From an uncultured Corynebacterium sp. (GTDB lineage Bacteria; Actinomycetota; Actinomycetes; Mycobacteriales; Mycobacteriaceae): a DNA stretch of 37,588 nucleotides. Of this stretch, positions 9,551 through 19,572 are shown in pieces; the stretch's first letter is position 1; each line of letters begins with the position of its first letter. Location of the stretch: the NCBI GenBank assembly GCA_915275065.1, contig CAJZGD010000001.1:1-37588 (forward strand), read 5' to 3'. The notes below the pieces were generated by a model. It saw nothing but the letters and a program-made list of their open reading frames with translations, ran no database searches and had not been told where the DNA came from. The translations under genes were made by a program, and so were the position numbers.

Positions 9551-10483
9551 GTGCAGGATCATCAAGATGAAGAAAAACTGGCAAAACCGCCGCAGACTAC
9601 TGCGTCCGTGACGCTTTCAGAACAGATCAACCGCATCACCAATGCGACCGACTTAGACCCTGAACCCTCAGGTTCAAAGACCTTCGCCGCCGCCTGGCAT
9701 GACCTCGTGCGTGGTTTTCACCAACACGAACTGTGGCTCCAACTGGGCTGGCAGGACATTAAACAACGATACCGCCGATCCGTCCTAGGACCGCTATGGA
9801 TCACCATTGCTACTGGTGTGATGGCTGCCGCACTTGGACTATTATATTCAGTTCTCTTTAAGATTCCGGTAGCGCAATTCCTCCCCCATGTGACGGTAGG
9901 GCTTATCATGTGGACGTTCATCTCAGGTTGTATCAAGGAAGGCGCGCAAGTTTTTATTGATAATGAGGGCCTAATTAAACAACTGCCTTCCGCGCTTTCC
10001 GTCCACGTCTACCGACTCGTGTGGAAGCAAACCCTCTTCCTTGGGCATAATTTGATTATTTGGGTTGCCCTCATGGTTATTTTCCCCAGGCCATTGGGTT
10101 GGGATTTCCTCCTGGCCATACCCGCGCTTATGCTTCTGGTTGCCAATGGTGTGTGGGTGTCCATGTTCTTCGGCATCATAGCCACCCGTTACCGGGACGT
10201 CGCGCCCCTCCTCGAAGCCGGCACCCAACTATTGTTCTATGTCACGCCCATTGTGTGGATGACTCAAACCCTGAAGGACCAGGGCGGCGCCATCTCTGAC
10301 CGGGCAAAACTCGCCCAACTCAACCCGCTTTACCACTACATGGAGGTCGTCCGCGCCCCACTCATCGGCGCCGACCTGCCCGTCTACCACTGGTGGGTTG
10401 TGCTCGGGTGCACCGTTGCTGGGCTCACCATCGCCCTGCTCGCCATGCGGCAATGGCGGTTCCGGGTCAGCTACTGGGTATAA
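9551..10483 (+). CDS. wzm: Galactan export ABC transporter permease
   Basis: LGWQDIKQRYRRSVLGPLWITI ABC-2 permease motif and YRDV..LLFYVTPIVW. Confidence 0.92.
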   Translation: MQDHQDEEKLAKPPQTTASVTLSEQINRITNATDLDPEPSGSKTFAAAWHDLVRGFHQHELWLQLGWQDIKQRYRRSVLGPLWITIATGVMAAALGLLYSVLFKIPVAQFLPHVTVGLIMWTFISGCIKEGAQVFIDNEGLIKQLPSALSVHVYRLVWKQTLFLGHNLIIWVALMVIFPRPLGWDFLLAIPALMLLVANGVWVSMFFGIIATRYRDVAPLLEAGTQLLFYVTPIVWMTQTLKDQGGAISDRAKLAQLNPLYHYMEVVRAPLIGADLPVYHWWVVLGCTVAGLTIALLAMRQWRFRVSYWV

Positions 10484-10503
10484 CTTTGAAGGAGAAGTGA
10501 CTC

Positions 10504-11322
10504 ATGGTTTCGATTGATACTTACAACGCGTGCGTGGACTTCCCCATTTTTGACGCGAAATCCCGCTCCATGAAAAAGGCCTTCCTCGGGGCGGCCGGCG
10601 GCGCCATCGGCCGCAATAAAGACAACACCGTGGTGGTTGAGGCACTGCGCAATGTGAATCTGCACCTCCGCGAGGGCGACCGGGTGGGGCTGGTCGGCCA
10701 TAATGGTGCTGGTAAATCCACCCTGCTGCGCCTGCTGTCCGGCATTTACGAGCCCACCCGCGGCTCCGCACACATCCACGGCCGGGTCGCACCGGTATTC
10801 GATCTTGGTGTGGGTATGGACCCAGAAATCTCCGGGTATGAGAACATCATTATCCGCGGGTTATTCCTCGGCCAAACCCGGAAACAAATGAAGCAAAAAA
10901 TGGATGAAATCGCCGATTTTTCCGAACTCGGCGAATACCTTTCCATGCCGCTACGCACCTATTCCACCGGCATGCGCATTAGGTTGGCCCTAGGGGTGGT
11001 GACCTCCATTGAGCCAGAAATTTTGCTTCTCGACGAGGGAATCGGGGCGGTGGATGCCGCCTTCATGGCCAAGGCCCGGGCTCGCCTCCAGGAGCTGGTG
11101 AAACGCTCCGGCATTTTGGTGTTTGCATCCCACTCCAATGATTTTCTCGCCCAACTCTGCGACACCGCCCTGTGGATCGATCATGGTGAGGTTCGGGAAG
11201 CCGGCCCGATCCCAGATATTGTTGGATCCTATGAAGGTCCGGGGGCCGCAAAGCATGTGCGACGCATTATCGAGGATTTGCATAAAGGGGATGCGGAGAA
11301 CATGAGCGCCGCCCCTGAATAA
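10504..11322 (+). CDS. wzt: Galactan export ABC transporter ATP-binding subunit
   Basis: Walker A GHNGAGKST, YSTGM signature and LLLDE Walker B. It follows wzm and has an RBS (GAAGGAG). Confidence 0.93.
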   Translation: MVSIDTYNACVDFPIFDAKSRSMKKAFLGAAGGAIGRNKDNTVVVEALRNVNLHLREGDRVGLVGHNGAGKSTLLRLLSGIYEPTRGSAHIHGRVAPVFDLGVGMDPEISGYENIIIRGLFLGQTRKQMKQKMDEIADFSELGEYLSMPLRTYSTGMRIRLALGVVTSIEPEILLLDEGIGAVDAAFMAKARARLQELVKRSGILVFASHSNDFLAQLCDTALWIDHGEVREAGPIPDIVGSYEGPGAAKHVRRIIEDLHKGDAENMSAAPE

Positions 11323-11456
11323 GGGTGGGGCGAGATTGTGGCGGGGCTAGCTGCGCCGACGGGTTTTGGCGGTTCCTGGGCTTGCCCCATGGCGGCGGGC
11401 CCTGCTGGCAGGTTTCAGCAAGCCCCGGCGCGCCCGGCGGGCCCAGTCCATCTGAA

Positions 11457-12125
11457 TCATTCGGATGGCGCGGGGCCTGGGCGTTCTCCGGTGAGGAATT
11501 CGTGGAGACTCAGGGTGTGGCCGGTAATGACGACGTCGGGGTTGGGGGTGTAGTCGTCGCGCCGTAGCTCGGCCAGGACCGCGGGTAGCGGAGTGCCGTT
11601 CGGCCCGGCAGGGGCTGTAACCGACTCGACCACCCGGTAGCCGACTTTGGCGGACACCGCCGCGGAGGTGTGATTGCTGGTTATCCAGACGGTTTGCATG
11701 ACGGTAGCCCCCAGGGTGACCAGGCCGTATTCGCAGATGGCGCGGCGAATGGTAGTGCCATAGCCGCATCCCTGATGCTTGTGGAGCACCCAGGAGCCGG
11801 TACTCATGCAGCGGGTGGTGGCAAAGTTGGTGGCTCGAAGGTCTGTAGCACCGATAAATTCGCCCGTATGTTCGTTAAAAGCAGCAAGGTCTAATGACCA
11901 TTCTTTCGAACTCATATTCGCACGGTTGGCCCAGCGGAATTGGGCTGCGGCCACGGGGGTTGAGGTGAAAAGCCAGGTGAACGCATGATCGGGAATCGTG
12001 TCACCGTAAATGTCCGCGAACGTCATAGTGCACACGTGGGGCAGGTGCTCGTCGGTGATGGCGACGATGCGCAGGCCGCCCGCCCGGATTTGGAGGGTGC
12101 TTGGTGGCCATAGAGTTTCCAACAT
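11457..12125 (-). CDS. GNAT acyltransferase (RimJ/RimL, Rv0802c-like)
   Basis: TGSWVLHKHQGCGYGT (QGxG motif) and NHTSAAVSAKVGY. Confidence 0.82.
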   Translation of the reverse strand: MLETLWPPSTLQIRAGGLRIVAITDEHLPHVCTMTFADIYGDTIPDHAFTWLFTSTPVAAAQFRWANRANMSSKEWSLDLAAFNEHTGEFIGATDLRATNFATTRCMSTGSWVLHKHQGCGYGTTIRRAICEYGLVTLGATVMQTVWITSNHTSAAVSAKVGYRVVESVTAPAGPNGTPLPAVLAELRRDDYTPNPDVVITGHTLSLHEFLTGERPGPAPSE

Positions 12126-12215
12126 GGCCTTATCCTAGTCCCGGTTCATCGGTTTTCCCACGCGGGATTTGGCTGCGCGTTGGCTGTGAGGCGGAAGAAA
12201 TGGTGTGATAGAGAC

Positions 12216-14972
12216 ATGGATATTTCGGCTGCTCGACAAACCATTCGGTCACGGTTAATTACGGCACTACGAGAAGAAGAGTTGATTCCGCAGGATACGC
12301 CGATTCCCCCAGATGAGGACCCGGTAATGGTGTTGCGGAAGCTTCGATCCGAATTGACGGTTCCGGCCACAAATTTTGATCGGGCGGCCGCCGAATTGGC
12401 GGATAGTGTGGTGGGGTTGGCGCGGGCGCGTGAGGGCGTGGCACGCCGCTATCAAAACCGCACGTCGTTAGGCAATATGGAACAGCTGGTGTGCGAGGGC
12501 CACCCGAAGCATCCGTGCGCAAAAACGTCGCTGGGGCTGGGTGACGCTTATAAGGATGTGCTGCCTGAACAGGTGGAAACGATTCAGCTGCGGTTTGTGG
12601 CGGTTCGGGAACAGCTGGCGCGCACCTCAGGCATGCCGCTCATTGCGGCGCTTCACAGCCAGATTCCGGGGTTGGCCGATCGGTTGGCGGCGGAGTGCCC
12701 GCCGGGGTTTGTGGTGGTGCCGGTGCACCCGTGCCAGGAAGTGACGTTGTCTGATGATGTGCGGGAGCTGGCCACGTCGATAGCTGCGGAACCGCTCATG
12801 AGCGTGCGGACGCTGCGGGTGCGCGACGAGACCGGGTGCGTGCACATTAAAACCAGTGTGGGGTTTCAGCTGACCGGGGCGATTCGGGGGATTTCGTATG
12901 CGGCGTTGGCGGGGCCGGTGATTGCCGAGCGGGCCGAACAATTATTGCGCACGGCGGGGATTTCACCCTACACCAGCGACGATACGCCGGCGTTTCGGGT
13001 GGCGCGGGATTTGGCGGGGGTGCGGGTGCCGCAGGCGGATGGGAGTTCGTTTGGAGCGATCGTCCGGGTGCCGCCCCGGGGGATTCCGGCGGCGGCCTTG
13101 TTGGCGACGAATCCGCTCACGGGGGAGAATTTCTTCACGGAGTTTTTGGCGGAATCGGGTGCGACCCCGGCTCAGTGGTTTGATCGATTGTCGACGATCC
13201 TGATCCAGCCGGCGCTCACGCTCTTAGACCAGGGGTTAGCGATGGAGCCGCACCCACAGAACACGGTCATTGAGCTGCGGAATGGTTGGCCGTATGCGGT
13301 GACGGTGCGGGATTTCGGCGGGTGCCGGATTGTGCGCGATTCCGCATTCGGCCAGCGGTACGATTGGGGCTTCCTGGAAGGCACCGCACTCCTGAGCGAC
13401 CGCGATACCGCCTATGACAAGCTGATTTATCCAATGATAACGAATTTGGTGTTGGGGTTGTGCGAGGCGGCGGGCATTGATCCGGGCACGATAGCCCTGG
13501 ATAATCTGCCCCCGATGCTGCCGCGGAAGCGTATGTTTGGCATGCGGTTGTCGGGGGCGGTGACGGAGCAGGATTACGTGCGGATCCCCAATCCGATTCC
13601 GCCGGTTCCGCTTGTCGACGAGCTCCCGTGGGCGCGCGAACATGTGTCCGAACGCCTCACTGAAACCATGGCGGTGGAGGGCCTCACGCAACTCCCAGAG
13701 TGCGATGTGGATAATGCGGTGTCCACCTTGGCCCACGTCAAACAGGTTGTCGATCGTCGGCTCCGATTCTACCGGTCGCCGGCAGACCTGATCTCCACCG
13801 CTCCCCCGGAGCTGCGTGGCGTTGTTGCCGACTCCTTGGCGATCACCGGCCATAATGTGCACCCATTGGCGAAGCTGCGCCTGGGGTTTAGTGTGGAAGA
13901 TTCCGCACTGTATGGGCCGGAAAATTTCCGGCCCACCAATCTGAAGCTGATTGGTGTTCGCCCCGATCTGCTCGCAGAGACCGGGGACGTGACGGCAATA
14001 CTGCGGGCCGAGTTTCCCGAGAATATGCCAAACACTACGCTGCGCATTGTTCCCGTCCACCCGTGGCAGTGGGAACATGTGATCGGTGCGGAATTCGCCC
14101 GGGAGATCGCCGCCGGCACGATCATGGACACGGGGGCAACGCTGCCGGTGCTGCCCACGCTATCGCTGCGAACCGCACTGACGTTCCATCCGGGAACGTC
14201 AGGACGCCGGCTGTTCATCAAGACGTCGGTGGATGCGACATTGACGTCGACGCGGCGGTCCATGTCGCGGGATTCCGCCCTGGGCACCCCGCTGGTGGCC
14301 GCCCACCTGGCCGGCCTGGGGTTGCCGTGTGATCTGCTGCCGGAGATCGCAGGCTGCGCCTACGACGGCCCGAAGACGAATCCGCGGGCGGTTCGGGGAT
14401 TGAGCACGCTCATCCGCGAGTCCACACCCCGGACGGCTATCACGGCAGCCGCGCTGCGGGGGCTGCCCACGGTGACGGCGGAGTTCTTTTCCCGCTACGC
14501 TCGCGACCTGCTATCGACAGTGCTGCCCACCATGTGGCATGCGGGCATCGCCCTGGAGGCACATTTGCAGAACACCCTGGTGTATGTGGATGACGACTTC
14601 CACTACCAGGGAATCTGCCTTCGGGACTTCTCCGGCCTGCGGGCCTACCGGCCCCGGGCCACGGGCATGCCCATTCGGGATGGCGCCATCACCATGACCG
14701 ATGACTACAATACGTTCGTCGCCAAGGGGCATTACGCCGCCATTCCCGGCAACCTGGCGGCGTTCGTGGATCAGTTGCCTGGTGATCCACGCCAGTATTG
14801 GCGGCTGGTCCGGTCCATTGTGACCGACCTGATTGCCGAGCATCATCCGCCGCAGGCGGACGTCGACAAGCTATTGGCGCCAACGATGAAGCAGAAGGCG
14901 TTTCTGCGCATGCTGGCAGACCCGGCGCGAGGCGATGTGTACGTGGATGTACCCAATCCGCTTGTAGGATAG
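12216..14972 (+). CDS. NRPS-independent siderophore synthetase with two fused IucA/IucC modules (CiuE-like)
   Basis: The motif set occurs twice: GHPKHP/GHNVHP, VPVHPCQ/VPVHPWQ, PLMSVRT/PTLSLRT, IKTSV, EPHPQN/EAHLQN and RDFG/RDFS. ATG 12216 is preferred over TTG 12180. Confidence 0.9.
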   Translation: MDISAARQTIRSRLITALREEELIPQDTPIPPDEDPVMVLRKLRSELTVPATNFDRAAAELADSVVGLARAREGVARRYQNRTSLGNMEQLVCEGHPKHPCAKTSLGLGDAYKDVLPEQVETIQLRFVAVREQLARTSGMPLIAALHSQIPGLADRLAAECPPGFVVVPVHPCQEVTLSDDVRELATSIAAEPLMSVRTLRVRDETGCVHIKTSVGFQLTGAIRGISYAALAGPVIAERAEQLLRTAGISPYTSDDTPAFRVARDLAGVRVPQADGSSFGAIVRVPPRGIPAAALLATNPLTGENFFTEFLAESGATPAQWFDRLSTILIQPALTLLDQGLAMEPHPQNTVIELRNGWPYAVTVRDFGGCRIVRDSAFGQRYDWGFLEGTALLSDRDTAYDKLIYPMITNLVLGLCEAAGIDPGTIALDNLPPMLPRKRMFGMRLSGAVTEQDYVRIPNPIPPVPLVDELPWAREHVSERLTETMAVEGLTQLPECDVDNAVSTLAHVKQVVDRRLRFYRSPADLISTAPPELRGVVADSLAITGHNVHPLAKLRLGFSVEDSALYGPENFRPTNLKLIGVRPDLLAETGDVTAILRAEFPENMPNTTLRIVPVHPWQWEHVIGAEFAREIAAGTIMDTGATLPVLPTLSLRTALTFHPGTSGRRLFIKTSVDATLTSTRRSMSRDSALGTPLVAAHLAGLGLPCDLLPEIAGCAYDGPKTNPRAVRGLSTLIRESTPRTAITAAALRGLPTVTAEFFSRYARDLLSTVLPTMWHAGIALEAHLQNTLVYVDDDFHYQGICLRDFSGLRAYRPRATGMPIRDGAITMTDDYNTFVAKGHYAAIPGNLAAFVDQLPGDPRQYWRLVRSIVTDLIAEHHPPQADVDKLLAPTMKQKAFLRMLADPARGDVYVDVPNPLVG

Positions 14973-15143
14973 CTGCTACCTGCGGGTGCAAAATCTGTCG
15001 GTGGTTTGCGGTGGCTGCGTTGGGTTATGGGTATGCTCATGATTGCGCACTAGGTCTCTGGTTGGTATCAAATGAACTATTTTTAGGTAACAAAGATGCC
15101 AACCAGGTGCTTTTTGCAAGTTTCACGTTATGATTTAGGTAGT

Positions 15144-15192
15144 GGGCACCTCCGTCTCTAGCCAACGGAGGTGCCTGCTATTTATGTTTTTT
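15144..15192 (+). terminator. Rho-independent terminator after the siderophore synthetase
   Basis: GGGCACCTCCGT...ACGGAGGTGCCT stem followed by a T-rich tract. Confidence 0.7.
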
Positions 15193-15569
15193 GACCATCA
15201 GATCGCGATTTTTGACGTTTCCGCTGGTAGCAGCGTGGCCAGATGGTAGGTTCGGATGCCAGATGGATTAGGTGGCGTCCTATTTGTTCCCCTCCCTATT
15301 GAAGGGAAAACACAGCAAAATCTTCTCCACCAATCATCATGGGGGTGTTCTTTAGTTGTAAAATAGGTTCGAACTTTTTATTAAACTCTGTGTGATCATG
15401 GCGAGGAAACTGTCACCAGTAGGGTTTTTGGGTCGCCGACCTTATTTCTACGGGCATGACGGGTCACGGCTTGGGTGCTACTTCTTAAGTATGGGCATGA
15501 GAAAAATGAGCCATTGCTTAGTGGCTACATGTGATGGACTGATGAAAAAATGAATCTTCCTGATTTAAA

Positions 15570-15978
15570 TTGGCCGCTTTTCATCCCGTCCGCTATCACG
15601 CTGGGGTTCTTAGTATCATTTTCGCCTCAAAATCGAAGACGGTACGACAGGTAGGCGTTCTCCTCATTGGCATTGCCACTTTCCTGCACGTTGCTGGTCT
15701 TTTTGTGCCTAATAACGACCCCAATCAGACGACTGCCGAGCCTCCCACAACCGGAGCAACTGCCGCCACCGACGCAAACAAGGCTACGGCAGGCACCGAC
15801 CCCTACCTGGCGGAAGCTCACCTTTGGTGTTGGCATAGAAGACAACAGTGCCACCCGGGAACAGGTGGCGGTCTTCACGCTCATTGCGGATGGGAAGCCC
15901 ATCTTCGAGAAAACCACCCAGAAGAATGAGCCGGTGACCTCGCAACTGGTGTGGATGACGCCCCAATTGCACTCGTAG
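15570..15978 (+). pseudogene. Frameshifted remnant of a membrane-anchored protein with an NPCBM/NEW2-like beta domain
   Basis: One frame gives a TM helix plus a T/A/P-rich linker. Another frame continues LTFGVGIEDNSAT..VAVFTLIADGKPIF. Both are short and overlap. Confidence 0.4.
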
Positions 15979-15991
15979 GGGCGTCGTCAAG

Positions 15992-16837
15992 CTACGTGCG
16001 GGACCGCAGGCGGACCACCACCCACACGGCGAGGAAGATCAGGCCGTCGACAAACGCCATGGTTGGGGACGTCGCCGTATTAAACTTATAGGCAACCCAA
16101 AAACCCACTTGGGAGCTAATAAGCGCCACCAATAACGTGACCGTCAGCATCGCCCCCTGGCTGTGGGTGACCAACAACGCCGTGGCGGCGGGCACAATCA
16201 TGAGCGCCACCACCAGCACCGCGCCGGCCGCATTAAACGCCACCACCACGGTCAGGGAGGACAGCACCATCACCAGGTAGTCCAGCAGGCGGTGCCGCAC
16301 CCCAATGGTGCGGGCAAACACCGGGTCAAACGTGGCGATCGTCAACGGCCGGCGGGCCAGAATCAGCACCACCAGGGTGACCAAACCGGCGCCGCCCACA
16401 ATCCACATGTCCTTCGGGCCCAGGTCGTAGCCGCCCACAATCCAGTGGGACATGGCCGCAATGTTCAAATCCCCCACCAGCACCGTGTGCTCTGAAATCA
16501 TGCTGCCCGCAAACCTAGTAGAGATCAAAATCACACCAATGGCGAAAAACGCGGGGAAAATCAGGCCGGTCGCGGAGTCCTCGGTAAACCGACCGCGGGC
16601 CCGCAACCATTCCGTGGCGGCAATCACCACCACCCCGCCGATTGTGGCCCCCACCAGCAGGATTGGGTCGCGCGGGCTGCTCGCCCACAATGCTGAAATA
16701 GCAATGCCCGGCAGCACCGCATGCGAGAGCGCATCCGACAACATGGCTTGTCGACGCAACACCAGTACCACCCCGGGCAACGCCGTGGTGAGCGACACCA
16801 CCGCCGCAAGCAACGCCACCGATACCGCAAAACTCAT
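15992..16837 (-). CDS. Mn/Zn/Fe ABC transporter permease (TroD/MntD-type)
   Basis: LSDALSHAVLPG and FDPVFA motifs of ABC-3 permeases. Confidence 0.9.
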   Translation of the reverse strand: MSFAVSVALLAAVVSLTTALPGVVLVLRRQAMLSDALSHAVLPGIAISALWASSPRDPILLVGATIGGVVVIAATEWLRARGRFTEDSATGLIFPAFFAIGVILISTRFAGSMISEHTVLVGDLNIAAMSHWIVGGYDLGPKDMWIVGGAGLVTLVVLILARRPLTIATFDPVFARTIGVRHRLLDYLVMVLSSLTVVVAFNAAGAVLVVALMIVPAATALLVTHSQGAMLTVTLLVALISSQVGFWVAYKFNTATSPTMAFVDGLIFLAVWVVVRLRSRT

Positions 16838-17724
16838 ATACGCTCACCTCCGCCAGGGTGCATGGCGCCGCGCCGGGGTGCGACGATCATAGAGACCAGC
16901 ACAATCCCGCTCAGCACCAGCACAATGACCGGGCCGGTCGGAACCTTGCCCACCGTCACCGATATATAGGTTCCCAATACCGACGCCACCGCCCCAAACA
17001 GGCCGGACAGAAACGTCATCCGACCAACAGTTCGAGAAAATTGTCGGGCCGCAGCCGGCGGGAATACGGCGAACGCGATCATGAGGATCAGGCCCACCGC
17101 CTTCACCCCGATCACGATCGCAAGCACGATCAGCCCGAAGAGTGTGGGGGATAAAACCGCGGTTTTGAGGCCACTGACCTTGGCTAATGTCGGGTCGAAG
17201 GTCATGAGGGTAATGGGTCGCCACAGAAACGCAACGGCGAGAAATACCACAAACGTCACCACGGCGATCGTTCGCACATCTAGGTTTGTGAGCGTGGCGG
17301 CGTTACCGAACATGAGGTCCTCAATTCCGCCTTTGCCCCGAATGTGGGAGCGCTGGATGACCTGCAAGATCAGCAAACCGCCGCCCAGGAAGAGCGACAA
17401 GACCACCGCCATGGTGGCGTCGATCCCGATCCGGGTGGTGTCCGCCACCTTATTGGCCAGCACCACCGCTATCAGGCCGGTGATGAGTGCCCCCACCACG
17501 ATCACCGGCATGGACCTGGCGTCAAACCCGCCGAAAATCAGGCTGACTACCAGGAATGCCCCCATCACGCCCGGGGTGGCGGAGTGGCCGATCACGTCCG
17601 ACATGAGTGATTGGCGGCGCAAATACAGGAATGTGCCCATGGCCCCGGAGCAGGCCCCAATGAGCATGGTGCCGATCACAATTCGCCGGTAGGAGAACTC
17701 GGAGAGGAACTCGATGAGGCTCAT
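16834..17724 (-). CDS. Mn/Zn/Fe ABC transporter permease (TroC/MntC-type)
   Basis: LRRQSLMSDVIGHSATPG and VPTGPVIV motifs. It overlaps each neighbour by 4 bp. Confidence 0.9.
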   Translation of the reverse strand: MSLIEFLSEFSYRRIVIGTMLIGACSGAMGTFLYLRRQSLMSDVIGHSATPGVMGAFLVVSLIFGGFDARSMPVIVVGALITGLIAVVLANKVADTTRIGIDATMAVVLSLFLGGGLLILQVIQRSHIRGKGGIEDLMFGNAATLTNLDVRTIAVVTFVVFLAVAFLWRPITLMTFDPTLAKVSGLKTAVLSPTLFGLIVLAIVIGVKAVGLILMIAFAVFPPAAARQFSRTVGRMTFLSGLFGAVASVLGTYISVTVGKVPTGPVIVLVLSGIVLVSMIVAPRRGAMHPGGGERI

Positions 17725-18494
17725 TCTAGTAGCCCCAATCCGAAGGCCTTGGTGATGTTTTCCCTGGTGAACGCCTCGTTGGTGGGGCCGGTGGCGATGA
17801 TTTCCCGGTTGAGGATGGTCACATGGTCGCAGAGTTCGGCAACCGTGGACAGGTCGTGGTGCACGATGACGATCGTGGCTCCGTGGTCCCGCAGCTCGTG
17901 AAGCACGCCCCGGATCACCCGTTCGCTGGCGGCATCCACCCCGGCAAACGGCTCATCCAGCAGGTAGAGTTCCGGGGCTTGCACCAGGATGCGAGCCACA
18001 AATACGCGGCGGCGCTGGCCGCCGGACAGTTCGGAGATTTGCCGTTTGGCCAGTTCGGCAATGCCCACCCGGTCGAGGACTTCCATCACCCGGCTGCGGT
18101 GGGTGGCATTGGCGCGGCGCAGCCAGCCGAGTTCGGTGTACATGCCCATGGTCACCACCTGTTCCACGGTGATGGGATAGTCCCAGTCCACCGCGGCAAC
18201 CTGCGGCATGTATGCTACCTTACGGCGCACCTCTTCCAGGGGTTTCCCGAAAAATCGCACGTCACCGGTGTGGTCCATGAGTTCGAGGCCGGCTTTGATG
18301 ATGGTGGATTTGCCGGCGCCGTTCGGGCCGATAAGCCCCATGACGGACCCGACCGGCACGGTGAAGGTGGCATGTTCGATGGCGAGGGTTGCCCCGTAGG
18401 AAACGGTGACATCGGTCATTGACATCGCCGATGCGACTTGCGTGGATGCTGCCGGGGCTGGTGTTGCGGTTTTTGTTGTCTTCGCTGGGTCCAT
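17721..18494 (-). CDS. Mn/Zn/Fe ABC transporter ATP-binding protein (TroB/MntB-type)
   Basis: GPNGAGKST, LSGGQ, LLDEPFAGVD and VHHDL motifs. Confidence 0.92.
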   Translation of the reverse strand: MDPAKTTKTATPAPAASTQVASAMSMTDVTVSYGATLAIEHATFTVPVGSVMGLIGPNGAGKSTIIKAGLELMDHTGDVRFFGKPLEEVRRKVAYMPQVAAVDWDYPITVEQVVTMGMYTELGWLRRANATHRSRVMEVLDRVGIAELAKRQISELSGGQRRRVFVARILVQAPELYLLDEPFAGVDAASERVIRGVLHELRDHGATIVIVHHDLSTVAELCDHVTILNREIIATGPTNEAFTRENITKAFGLGLLE

Positions 18495-18497
18495 GTA

Positions 18498-19442
18498 TTA
18501 GCTCGCTAGGGCTGCGGAAATGGTATCGGCATTGTATTTCATCACCCCGAGGTAGGTGTCGACCGGCGGGTTGGGGCCCAGCGAGTCGGCGAAGAGTTCC
18601 TTGTCGGAAATCGTCACGTCCCAGCCGCCGGCCTTCACGGTTTCTTGCAGCGAGTTAATGGCCTGCGGGTTCGCGAGATTGTCCTGGAAAATGGTTTTGA
18701 TCTGCTTTTCGGCAATGTATTCGCCCAATTCCTTGATTTCCGCTGGGGAAATTTGGGATTCCGAGGTGACAAAATCCGTCGCGCGAATCTCTAGCCCAAA
18801 TTGTTTACCGAAATAGTTAAATGCATCATGCCCGGTGATGAGGATGCGTTTGTCCTCCGGGATCGCATTGATTTTCTCCCGGACGTAGGACGCGGTCTCG
18901 TCCATGGATTGCTCGTATTTTTTGGCGTTTTCCTGGTATTTGTCCTTATTGTCGGGGTCCGTGGCGGCGAGTTTGTCGGTGATGGCCTGCACCACGTATT
19001 TCCAGTTTTCGGTGGAGTTCCACACGTGCGGGTCGTATAGTTTTTCCCCGTTTTCGCCCAAGTCAGGCCAGTCGAGCAGGTCTTCCTTGGGGATCGCCTC
19101 TGCGACCGCTACCTGCCTGTCACCCTGCGACCTAAGTTGGTCGATCATGTGGGCTTCCATGTGGAGACCGGACCAGAAAACCAAGTCGGAGCTGGAGATT
19201 TTTTCGGTGTCTTGGGTGGTGGGTTGGTAGGTGTGCGGGTCGCCGCCGGGCCCCACCATGACGGTCACGTCGGCGTCGGGGGCAATATTTTTCACTGCGT
19301 CACCAATGTAACCAGTCGTGGCAAAAACGGTGAGCTTTTTATTCTCCCCTTGCTTATCGACGGCGCAAGCGGTCACACCCGCCACCAGGGAAATCCCCAA
19401 AATCACGGCAAAAATGGAGCGCTTATTGATAGTGATGTTCAT
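18498..19442 (-). CDS. Metal ABC substrate-binding lipoprotein (TroA/MntA-type)
   Basis: Lipobox VTAC and metal-ligand motifs DPHTY, DPHVW, GHDAFNYFG and ADSLG. ATG 19442 is the preferred start. Confidence 0.92.
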   Translation of the reverse strand: MNITINKRSIFAVILGISLVAGVTACAVDKQGENKKLTVFATTGYIGDAVKNIAPDADVTVMVGPGGDPHTYQPTTQDTEKISSSDLVFWSGLHMEAHMIDQLRSQGDRQVAVAEAIPKEDLLDWPDLGENGEKLYDPHVWNSTENWKYVVQAITDKLAATDPDNKDKYQENAKKYEQSMDETASYVREKINAIPEDKRILITGHDAFNYFGKQFGLEIRATDFVTSESQISPAEIKELGEYIAEKQIKTIFQDNLANPQAINSLQETVKAGGWDVTISDKELFADSLGPNPPVDTYLGVMKYNADTISAALAS

Positions 19443-19487
19443 ACCAAATAAGCATACAAATAGGGGTACAAAACGCAAAATCCCAAT

Positions 19488-19506
19488 ATAAGGTAGCTTT
19501 ACCTAT
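19488..19506. promoter_or_regulatory. DtxR-family-like operator between the divergent metal ABC operon and glfT1
   Basis: ATAAGGTAGCTTTACCTAT matches 13/19 positions of TTAGGTTAGCCTAACCTAA and lies about 45 bp upstream of the lipoprotein start. Confidence 0.45.
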
Positions 19507-19572
19507 CTCCCACGGAAAGGTGGAAGCTCAATGAGCCCCAACCTCTATCGCTCGATATGAAACAATAGAACC

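Noticed and set aside
12121..12140. DtxR box upstream of the siderophore synthetase
   Set aside because: Only a half-site (TATCCTAG) resembles the consensus.
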